Source: Lama glama (taxonomy: Eukaryota). Taken from it: DNA of 64,000 bases. The stretch lies in NCBI GenBank assembly GCA_028534125.1, contig CM052818.1:41170001-41234000 (forward strand), given 5' to 3'. The notes beneath the pieces are model-generated. The model searched no databases, was not told where the DNA came from, and saw only the letters and a program-made list of their open reading frames with translations. The position numbers and the translations under genes were made by a program. Shown piece by piece: positions 25,416-35,710 of this stretch; the first letter of the stretch is position 1, and each line of letters begins with the position of its first letter.

Positions 25416-25759
25416 CTCTCGAGCAGCTAGAAGAGACCTCGCTCATAGCCATCACCATATCTCTACCCGGGCACCGTTCCCAGATATCCCCCCTTACTAC
25501 ATATGAAATGTCAGTGCTCTTACAGAGGTCAAACACTTTTGTCTAAGCAATGAAATTATTCTAGCAATTATTTTTGCTTTCTCTCAAATTCCATTTGTTT
25601 TCTTCTACACCATTCCCATCAGAAAAACAATAACAACAAAATGGTGGTACTTTTTTCCCTGTTAAAAAAAATGAAGACTTTCTGGACCTCATATTTCTCT
25701 TCAGATATTCCTCTTACAACAAACTCTTCAGAAGCTCTCATAGTTATAAAAAACACCCC

Positions 25760-25811
25760 AAAACAACAGCAACAACAATAACAACAACAACAAACAAATA
25801 AACAAACAAAA
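25760..25811. repeat. (CAA)n/(AAAC)n microsatellite
   Basis: Directly visible. Confidence 0.85.
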
Positions 25812-27012
25812 TCCTATGCTGTCATAGGAACTACAGATCCTTCAACCTACCTGAAATATTGGTCCAGAATTAAACTTGCCCTTGTATTTCTCGTGCTCAC
25901 CAGTTGTGAGTAGATGGATGCTGAAGGATGAGTCAATCTGTCCTCATGAACATGTCTTTCATTAACTCTTCCACCCAATTTCCTCACCCTCCCACCAACA
26001 GTTAAGTAAGACTGAGGCAAGCAGTTCAGCCATTGTGGCTGCCTCACCACATCATTAATGGAGACATAAACTGAGCTGGAGCCAGCACCAGACTTGATGT
26101 CAGCTAACTGCTCACCTCCCGAGAGGCCCAGTTAATTGTCATTTCTCACAAAGCTTTCTTTGCAATTTCTGCCTTAATTTGAGATAATTTCAATTAATGT
26201 TTCAAGTGTGATTTCATTAGACAATGTCAAGCAATTAATACAAATCAAGATCTATCGCAGTTACTGTTTTTGTTTCTTCTGCTTCATAATCCCCACATAA
26301 AAGTAACCATTTGTGTGATTTGTCTTTGCATAGTCTTGATTCTCAGTGCCCTCTGAAACCATTATCTTCACACGTGCAGACTTCTCTTCTTTTAAATATA
26401 ATTTGGCTAAGGTGGTCGTTGCCTTTGTGTCATGAAAACTTACGGAATTGTCATTTCCTGTCTTGACTTTTTCCTCTCTTGTCCAGTTTCCCCCATTTTC
26501 TTAGGATGCTGTACTTTCTTTGAAGTGCATTAATGTCATGTATTCTACTTTCTTCACCTTATCTATTTGTTTGATAAAGAAATCACTTCTTCGTTTTGCT
26601 GCTTTTCCTCACTCACCAAGAAATATTTTCTTTTGCCCTTCCCAAATCCACTTTCATACCTGAATCCATCTTCACCTGACTCTGTGAGCATAGGGGATGT
26701 GTGATTTCCACACATCATTCCTACCAACTTTGACTTTTGTAGATTTGGCAGTGGGAGGAGGTTGTAAAAAGTAATTTAGAGGCTGGAAGTCCCTGTCATA
26801 ATCTCATTCTTTTCTTTCCTGAAGATTTGTCAGCAGACACATAAGAAAGGCCTGGTGCACTGCTCCCCTTGACTTAGAGTAAGGGAAGCAGAGAATGCCA
26901 GTCATTCTGTTCCGGGAGGAATTTGGCTTTTCTGAGTCTATATCTTGAACCTAGAGCCTCAGGGATAAGCCCTGACAAGGATACTAGCTGTTCATCAGCT
27001 CATCTGTAATGG

Positions 27013-27126
27013 CAGAGTACCTAACTTACCCTGATTTGCCTGGGCCTTACCCAGTCTTAGCTCTGAAAGTCCTGTCTCTTAGGACACCCCTCAGCCCCAG
27101 GTAAACCTGGACGGTTGGTTACCATA
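27013..27126 (-). mobile_element. MER94-like hAT-Blackjack MITE
   Basis: gatttgcctggg...tagctctgaaagtcctgtctcttaggacacccctcagccccaggtaaacctggacggttggttacc. Confidence 0.7.
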
Positions 27127-28159
27127 CATGATTCAGAAGCCTCCTGTCCCCTTGAGATATAGAAGACCAATGACCTCTGCTGGCAGTGTGCTTACAGGAA
27201 TGTGTTTCTCCTTTGTCTAAGTCAAGCTGCACAACTGTCCTTGATTTGTGTCTTTGTATATGTAGAGGGTAGGTGGGTGTGGGAAAATGAGAGAAGGTAA
27301 GAGGTTGGGAAGCAAGGAGAGAGAAAAAAAATTCTCACAGTATGAATAGCATAAGGACATTGGGACTTCTTTGTTCTCGCCATCATTACAAATTTTCCAT
27401 CAGATCATTGCAACTCCGGCATCAGGTATTTACTATGTAACATCTCCACTGCAAACCTCACTTATCATTATTCATCAATACTTATTTGTGCAATTGCAAA
27501 ATTCCTTTGGCCTGGACCAACCAGGAATGGATGGGAAGGGCATCTTCTCTCCCCACGTTCTTCCAACTTAGAGAAGTTCTAGGGAGGAAACTTACACCTC
27601 TCTCTACCATTTAGCAGCTCTTCCTCAAGGAGGAGGTAGTGGCCACTCTGGTTGTCTAGAAGCTAATGTTTATTAGACAATATTTTGAATTGCAAGGTTA
27701 TTGTTGGCCTCTAAACTTGTTAATTGTCTCCATCCTGTTTCTCTCTTTCACTTCCTTCATCATGAATCTTCAAGAGGGCCAAGGGCTATCTTATTCAATG
27801 TCTCTCTGTAAGGGGTAAGCTTCTCGGCTTGCAAGTGGGTAAGTAAATGGACCAGAAATCCATTTTTCAGAGAAATTCGCCCCTTGGGTAGATTCCAAAG
27901 ACTCTGTATAAAATGTTGTGGTGATTGTAGCATGAAGTTCAAGTTGTATTTTCTAGTCCAGCTTTTGCCAGAGATTATGCATGGAGGCTATTGGATGTTG
28001 GAGGCCACTAGTAGAGTTGATCTCGGTTAAGGAGCAACAGTAAAGGACAGGTACCCCTAGCTAGGAGAGAAAGTCCTTGGCAAAAGTTTTTTTCTTGCTA
28101 TAGTTTATAATTCATTCCACTTAGAGGCAACCTGATTTATCATTGGTCTATTTAGCATC

Positions 28160-28670
28160 TCTGTACTTCTGTCTTTTCCAGAATGTCACATGATTAGAAT
28201 CATACAATATGTAGCCTTGTCAAATTGGCTTCTTTCTCTTAGAATAAGCACTATGTCATCTATGCCTTTTCATCACTTCTGAGCTCCTTTATTTTTATCA
28301 TTGAAGAATATTCTATTGTACAAATATACCACATTTTGTTTATCTGTTTACCTACTGAAAGACATCTTAGTTGCTTCCAGTTTTTGGTTATTATGAATAA
28401 AAATACTCAAAATATTTGTATGCAGATTTTTTTGTGACCATAGGTTTTAAATTTAGTTGGATAAATACACAGGAGCATGATTACTTGACAGTATGGTAAG
28501 ACTATGTTTAGTTTGATAAGAAATGCAAACTTGTCTTTCAAAATAATTGTTTCATGTTGCATTCCCACCAGTAATAAATGAGTTTCTGTTGTTTTGCATC
28601 TTGGCCAGCAGTTGATATTGTTAGTTATTTGGATCCTGGCCATTCAAATAGGAGTATAGTAGGATTTTCA
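28160..28670 (-). mobile_element. Old L1 (L1MC-like) ORF2 end/3' UTR
   Basis: ORF 28407-28643 is a decayed ORF2 C-terminus; ttttccagaatgtcacatgattagaatcatacaatatgtagcc motif. Confidence 0.75.
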
Positions 28671-28867
28671 TTAAATTATACAATTGTCAGTTTCCCAATG
28701 AGCTTTTGTTCTACATGTTTTTCAGAATAAAGACTTAAAAAGTTCTATATCAGTATGTCTAGTCATGGATACATGCCAGACTTGAAGAAGTCATTTCTAG
28801 ATTTGGGCCAGGATCTCTACACAAACTGGAAAAAATCCAGCTCCTTTCCCCTCAGCTGACCCAGACC

Positions 28868-29150
28868 AGAAGTTAAAAAGTCAAATGCACATTTAAACCA
28901 GGAAGTGGGCCCCATAGAAGACAATATGGGTGAGTAATGTGGCAAACTGGGAGAGACATGTCTTGTCCAAGTTTGGGATAACTACTCTGTTCCAACTTCT
29001 TGTTGCCATAGGAAATCAGTTATAATATGACCAAATCTTCTAATTTTTGAAGAGACTTGGGAATCTGAATTTTATATGAAATGTCCTGATTTTTAAATGT
29101 GGGGATTTAATTAAAATTCTCTTGATATAATCTTCAGGGCAAACAAATAG
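28868..29150. mobile_element. MER102-like hAT-Charlie element
   Basis: ccaaatcttctaatttttgaagagacttgggaatctgaattttatatgaaatgtcctgatttttaaatgt motif. Confidence 0.6.
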
Positions 29151-30049
29151 AAGCTCAAGCCTCTAGGCTCCCACCACTGATTGAGACACTTGTTAATAAA
29201 GCATAGCTTACCCTGGAAAACTTTTTAAGGGGTTTTCAATCTGGGAATTTCATGGTATGAATTATATTCTAAAAAAAAAAAAATCCTGAAAATGTGTTGG
29301 AGAAATGCAATGGATGTCATTTATAGAAACATTTTTGTGCTATAGGCAAGAGACTATACCACTTGGACTAGAGTTTTGGCAGTACAGATGGATGGAATTG
29401 GATAATTTGTGGGAAATTGGAAAAGTGGGTGCATTTGGTGACAAGTTAGATAAAGATAGGTTAGAATAAAGGAGGAGGAATAGGAATCAAAACTCATTCT
29501 GCATGTTTCTATAGTGAACTAAGAGGATAAATATGTTTACTGAGATACAGAAAACTGGAAGAGGAGTTAGAGAAAATTTTATTAAAGTGGAGGAAAAAAC
29601 AAGGTCTATGGTATTATTATCTCCAGTTTACAGAAAGGAAATTGAGATCTTGAGAGATTAAATAACTTGCCAAAAATCATACAGGAAAAAAATCTATATA
29701 TAGATAGATAGATCTGTATCTATACCTATCTATTGGTAAGTTATTTCCAGATATCTGTCTATCTGTCTACTTATCAGACCCAGGATATCTGATTCATAAC
29801 TCAAGATCACTGTCTCATGGTCCCTAATATGTTTTCATTGTTTTGACCTGAATGAATGACAGAGGACAAGGTGAATAATTCTGTTTAGGTGCAGCATTCA
29901 GTAGAAAGAGTTGAGCCCCATTCATTTCTGATGGCCTCTAAACTGGAAAAGGAATGAAGCATCACAAGTACTTACCCCCAGCCAAGGTTACAGAAGACAA
30001 TTATATTGACAGAGTGAAGAATTACAAGTTTGTAAACCTGCTGTTATGC

Positions 30050-30912
30050 TGTGAAGGGAAGGAAAGATAGTGAAGAAAGTGATAAGAGAACAGTCGCACA
30101 GGGCATTAAACAGCTAGTGCAAGACAACTGCCAGCTGTGTTTTTATTTATCTGTTCTAATGAATGTCTTTGGAGTTGGAGAGATTCACACCGGGATTCTG
30201 TGCTGTCTGGCTTCTACATTTTTAGATTATAATCAGAAAATCGCTCCCATGAGGGATATGGGGACTGATAGAAACAAAGATGTGCTGTTTAAGAGAGATT
30301 TACAAAGCAGCTGAGAGGAAGAGGAGGAAATGAATAGGAACAGAGACCTAACCTGACAAATGGCTTCTCTTCTGGGAACTTGCAGCCAGCTTGGTTCTGT
30401 GCAGTGAGGGCCTCAGACCTTGGAGAGAGTCTCTCTGCCCCTAACGTGGGCAGTAAGCCTAGACAACCAAAGAAGCAGGACGGTACAGAGGTTGACTTGA
30501 GTCTATCGGAAATACCTCCTCAATAATGCAGAAGGAGAGCGCTTCAGTGGGAAGACATAAAGGGAGACAGTACCCTTTGGTCAGATAAGCGTTTTTGTTA
30601 GCTATTTGAAGGTAGAGGATGGGACTCCAGAACTGAGGATTGGCTGGTGTCCAGAAATAAGGAGAGACAGCTGTATCTCTTTTCCTAGAAAATGAAAAAA
30701 AAAAAAAGTATGACTGTGTCCTAGCAAAGGAGAGGGGGAGAGAGGGTAGGGGGAGCAAGGGGAAGAGGGAACTGCTGCCTAAAATGATAGGAATAGTTGA
30801 GAGACATTTAAAGAGGAAGAATGTCATACTGAATTTTAGATTGTTATCATCATGACCATGTAAACCAACCTCCCCCATGCCAGTTCCTCCATGTTCAGTA
30901 GAATCTGCTACA
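30050..30912 (+). mobile_element. Possible ancient LTR (gypsy/ERVL-like)
   Basis: Purine-skewed block ending in ...gaatctgctaca. Start boundary and family uncertain. Confidence 0.3.
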
Positions 30913-30916
30913 CAGC

Positions 30917-31348
30917 TGCGTTAGTTTCCTGGAGCTTCTGTAACAAAGTACCACAAAAGTGAGTGGCCTAACAGAGATTTACTGTCTCACAGCTCTGGAG
31001 GCTGGAAGTCTGAAATCAAGATGTTGGCATGATTGGTTCCTTTAGCGGGCTGTGAGGTAGAATCTATCCATTCTTCTCTCTTAGCTTCTTGTAACCTTGG
31101 GTATTCCTTGCCTTGTAGATGTTGATTTCTCTGTGCCTTCACATTATCTTCCCTCCATGTGTCTCTACTTGTGTCCAAATTTCTGTTACTGCTTTTATAA
31201 GGGTACAGACTGGGTTAGGACCCACCCTAATGGCCTTAACTTGATCATTTGCAGAGACCCTATACTCAAATAAACCCATATACACAGATACTATGGATTA
31301 GCATTTCAACAGCTTTTTGTTTTTGGAGGGGTGAATTCAATCCATAAG
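30917..31348 (-). mobile_element. MLT1C-like MaLR solo LTR
   Basis: gttagtttcctggagcttctgtaacaaagtaccaca...ctcacagctctggaggctggaagtctgaaatcaagatgttggc...aattcaatccataa. Confidence 0.85.
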
Positions 31349-31509
31349 AAAAACAAAAATTTGTTCTGTATGTTCTATTCATTCATTCATTCATTTATTA
31401 TAGGAGTAAGATACAGAGATTGTGACATCAAGGAAAGGGAGTGCATTCTACACCAGAGTCAGTATATTGAATAACAAGGACAGCACTGAGGGGATGATAG
31501 TATGATAAT

Positions 31510-31646
31510 AAGGAAAGAGAGAAAGAGAGAAAGAGAGAAAGAGAGAAAGAAAGGAAGAAAGGAAGAAAGGAAGAAAGAAAGGAAGGAAGAAGGAAAGAAA
31601 GAAAGGAAGGAAGGAAGGAAGGAAGAAAAAGGAAGGAAGGAAGGAA

Positions 31647-31700
<54 letters not shown>

Positions 31701-31759
31701 AGGAAAGAAAGAAAAGAAGGAAAGGAAGGAAAGGAAGGAAAGGAAGGAAGGAAGAGAAA
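31510..31759 (+). repeat. 250-nt pure-purine compound microsatellite (GAAA/GGAA/GAGAAA)
   Basis: No pyrimidine on the + strand across the interval. It accounts for ORFs 31448-31768 and 31502-31786. Confidence 0.95.
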
Positions 31760-31999
31760 CAAACTCAATTAATATGGAAACGGTAACTCAGATCAAGAAC
31801 TGACTCATAAACCAACTGTTCTCCTTACCCAGAGTTTATTACTGGAAATAAAATGGGTTTTAGCCTATTTTATAAGATAGAACACATCAAATAACACTCA
31901 GGTTACTTTTGTCAGTGTGAGCTTTCACTTTTATACAATACTCAACTCTATTTTACATACAATTCTTACTCTAAGATGGAGGCAGGGCTTGTTCTTACA

Positions 32000-33390
32000 A
32001 TGGCTGCCAAAGAGTTTCATGATACAGGAGAAGATGTAATAAGCAACTAGGAGACTGTACTTGTCCTTGAAATACCACCCCAAAGTCAGAGGGAATTTAT
32101 GCTACAAAGCTGAGATCACCCTCATAGTTTTAGTCCCTCTCTGTCTCTCTCTCCATATTTCAGGCAGAAAATCAGTTATATGCAGCACTTTCCAAACATT
32201 TTGGCTCGAGAAATCCTCTAGTCAAGTAGACATCTTGTAAACCAAAATCTCTGTATTTTTCTTTGCATTTATTGTCATCCAGGAGGTCTTAGGAATCTCA
32301 TGGCAGATTGCTATTGATCAAACCACTGGGCAAGAATGTTCAGGTCAATGAACTTATACTGGGAGACACATTAACAAACTTAATTTGGGAGAGGCCATGT
32401 GCAGTATAAAAGAAGAGGTATTCTCAGGCGCTGGAGAGAAGGATTGTGAATGGTGAACATACCATGGAGATTCTGCAATGCTGAAGGATCTATGAGGCAG
32501 CAAGGGAAAGCCAACTGACAGGAAACCCACGAAACTGTATACACAATCCATTTGCAATCTCAGAATGTCAAATATCTCTCTTGATGACTTTGGGCTATCA
32601 ACATTACTTAAAGTCCGCAATATGGGTAGAATCTACATAGATTCTATGGAAGCAAGTTTTCTCAGAAGTATGGTTAGAACTATCTGTGTGTCAGTCTTTT
32701 TTTTAAACTATGAATGAACTCATTGAAGACTTCTGAATATGTTTTAAAAGTAGATGTACTGATCCAAAGGACAATTGGAGTGATTGGTTACAATTATATA
32801 TGGTATAATTCTGCTCTAAGAATTTGAGCTGCTATGTAGAACTGGGGAATTTTTCCAATTCCCTGATTAGTAAGGTTAATTTTAGACAAAGAGGAGAAGG
32901 AAGTGGTGTCATCTACTCTCAGGGAATAGCCTGGAACAAAACCTCAGCATTGGAAACTCCAGCTCTAATTGAGGAAGAGGATGTTGACATGGGTTTGATT
33001 TAGCCACCTGAGGTTGAGTTTCTGACAGTAAAGGACCTGGGAAGTAGAGATGAATGCGCTTTCTACCTATACTTTTGGGAGGAGGTGGTCCTCAGAGCAT
33101 GATTGGTGACCACACTCACAAATTGCTCTCTGTACTTGGGTCTTTGGAGTGTACACTGATGCTGACTGGTTCAGGACATTGTGTCAACAGCGATGAGGAT
33201 GAACCCAAGCATGGAAGGAAGTATTACTCAGGTCCAAGTGGGGATTATACATGGAGCAGAATCCTGGGACCTTGATGAGAGGAATTACCCCTTTGTTCTG
33301 ACTATGGGAAATGATGATGGGTATTTCTTAGGAAACATTGCTTATGCCAAGAGAATCTGGGTTGAATCTTGTGGAAGCTGAGGCTTGGGA
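32000..33390 (+). mobile_element. Decayed Ty3/gypsy gag (PNMA/MOAP1-related; MamGypsy-like internal region), multiple stops and frameshifts
   Basis: Manual translation across frames gives colinear motifs: QYKR (32402), VFSGAGEKDCEW (32418), EHTMEILQC*RIYEAARESQL (32455), KQVF (~32650), KTSEYVLKVDVLIQRTI (32726), FPD/LVRLILDKEEKE (~32860-32900) and decayed zinc knuckle C-S-D-Y-G-K..D-G-Y-F..R-K-H-C (33294-33341). Confidence 0.7.
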
Positions 33391-33587
33391 AGGATGAGAA
33401 TATACAAGCAGACTGGAAGACCGAGCCATCTATTTCCCTGGTAGTGATCAAGCTCATTCCGAGAGCTTCCCATCTCTTTTCTGGAGGTAAAAGCTCTAGA
33501 GAGAGTAAAAGTGGACAGCTACCTTCCATAGCAACACTTTGGAGGTCAGAGTTCCAGGAAAGAGAGGATCCTGACTTCTAAGAGGAA

Positions 33588-34128
33588 TGTTGGAGGACAA
33601 AGCTAGGCTTCAACCTATTGTCCTGGACAAAAGAAGGGATTAGAAACTTTCCCTGGGTTTCAAGAGACCCAGTATGGAAGTTATCACCATGGAGAGGAGA
33701 GTCGGAAGAAATGTTTCCAGCATCTAGTAAGAAAATAAAGGTGGAAGTTTTCTAATTAGTCAAAGGAGGAAGGCAGGAAAGCCAACATCGGAATGGGTGG
33801 CAAAAAATCCCTATACTTCCTGAACATTATTTCATGTGGGGGTGTTTGAAGAGAGGATTGGTCCAGAGTAGTCTGTACATGCTCTGAGGAAACCCAAACT
33901 CCCTGGGATATTGGAAAGAAATGAAGTGACAGTGGAGAAAGACGTTTGAGCCAGTTTCATTAAAAATGGAAAAAGACATGATACCCCAGTTGATATCTGG
34001 GTTATGCAAGTGTGGACTGTCCACTTGATTGTCATGTTTTAGCTTGTAACTAGCCTGAAGGAAGGCCAGGTGGGAAAGCTTGGGAGTAGGGAGAATAACC
34101 TAGGACACCACAATGTGCCACCGTCACA
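33588..34128 (+). mobile_element. Putative 3' LTR of the gypsy-like element
   Basis: Short purine tract aagaggaa immediately before TGT (33588), ATTAAA at 33959-33964, ends ...ccgtcaCA (34128), and lies directly downstream of the gag remnant. Confidence 0.45.
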
Positions 34129-34184
34129 ATCTCAAGAATCCAGTTTGGAAAACAGGACACCTTCATCTCTCTCCCGGAGAAGCC

Positions 34185-34385
34185 ACGTGCTACTGTGGGA
34201 GGAACTCAGGTGTTGCAGGGTCAGACCTGGGTTTGAATCCTGCCCCTTCTAGGCGAGTTGTGTGACCTAGTCTAGTACTTGAGTCTCACTTTCCTCATCT
34301 GTAAAATGTAAGATTTTTGTCAATATTAACATGAATATATGTAAAGCTCATGGCAGGTACTCAGTTGTTGCCAATTGTTATCATC
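34185..34385 (+). mobile_element. MIR SINE
   Basis: gtcagacctgggtttgaatcctgcc...ctcactttcctcatctgtaaaatg. Confidence 0.75.
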
Positions 34386-34571
34386 TCACTATGCCTAGTA
34401 GGGCGCCCTGCATATAAAAAGAGTCCAGTATGATTTTGCAGTAATGGCATGTTATAGCCTTGAACAAGACACATTCACCCTTGAGTGTGTACTTGCTTTG
34501 GTTTGTATCTGAAGTCTACTCCAAGCATCCCTATCCTTAGGGGTCCTGCTGTTTCGTTCTGTCTCCTTTTA

Positions 34572-34810
34572 GTGTCGTGGTTGAGAGTGCAGGCTCAGGC
34601 ATTAGCCTGCCTGGATTTGATTCTTGGCCCTGCCCCTTTCAATCTGTATGGCTTGGGAAGATTTCTTTGCCTCTCTTTGTCTCATTTTCCACATCTGTAA
34701 AATGGAGATTATAATAACCCTGAATCCTCTGAAAGGACCAAATGAATATATATGTCAAGTGCTTAGAAGAGTAATGAATGCTCAATACTTTTTAGTGATC
34801 ATTGCTATAG
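34572..34810 (+). mobile_element. MIR SINE
   Basis: gtggttgagagtgcaggctcagg...gcctctctttgtctcattttccacatctgtaaaatggagattataata. Confidence 0.8.
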
Positions 34811-35529
34811 GTTTTCTTCATACACTATTCAGCTAAGAGACACAGTGTCTTTGACAGCGAAGCAGAGGAGTGCCCGCGAGGGGATGAACACGTGCATTCC
34901 TCTGATACTGTGCTTAAAAATCTACTAGACTGATCTGAACCTGCCTCCCACTTACAGAGCTGTAGCATATACTGACTGTGAGAACTGCTCAGGGCCTTAA
35001 GGAGTGAAGCCACATCTGTTCATGGTAAACCACCATGCTCCTATTATTGTTCTTGTACTAAGTTTCCCATAGGCCAGGGCCAAGTGTGAGTATCCTGTCA
35101 TTCCCCAGCATGCACTGCAGGGCTGTGTTCACAGAACCAACAGTCTCTTTCATTCATCAATTGCTTATTGAGCACTGACCTTGCCAGGCAGCACGTTGTG
35201 GTGGATGAGCTTGTGAAGCCATGTTGGAGGAGGGTAGGAGTCAAGTGGGAGGGGACAGAGTCTCACTGTTGTCCTTGTTCACATAATGACTGTGACTGGA
35301 GTGGACGTAATTATAGGGAATGGAGCATATTGGACAAACCACATGCAGATTCACAAGAGAATTCTGGGCAGCTGAGTTTCTGCCTGGCCTGGGGGTCAGG
35401 GGTGGGTCACTGATAATGTTTCCTAAGGCTTGCCTCCTCACACAGACCACTTTGTCTTCTGTTTTATTTAAGATAGGATATATGCCAAGAGGGGAAGTGA
35501 AGTTTAAGTACAGCTCAGAATAGAAAGAG

Positions 35530-35710
35530 AGATCTATAATTGGCTGAAGGCCACTCTTGCTGCTCTTCCTTTGGGCGCTGCTCTCATTGGCTGGGCTTCT
35601 TGCCTGCCAGGGCGGCCTCAAGGTTACTGCTCCCAGTTTCAGTGCTTGTTTACCGTCCGTGCGATAGAGGAATTGAGTGCGTGCTCTCCTTCCATCCCAC
35701 CCGCCCACAC
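35530..35710. promoter_or_regulatory. Candidate CCAAT/GC-box promoter or enhancer patch
   Basis: Two inverted AGCCAAT boxes (ATTGG at 35539-43 and 35586-90), GGGCGG 35610-15, CCGCCC 35701-06, TGTTTAC 35647-53, and 7 CpGs in about 130 bp. Confidence 0.35.

Noticed and set aside
30050..30912. As the 5' LTR partner of 33588-34128
   Set aside because: No visible similarity between the two blocks, including their ends.
31448..31786. K/E/R-rich and F/L/S-rich ORFs
   Set aside because: Translations of the purine microsatellite.
35241..35708. 155-aa minus-strand ORF
   Set aside because: No domain or homology recognisable; length compatible with chance in a locally GC-richer patch.
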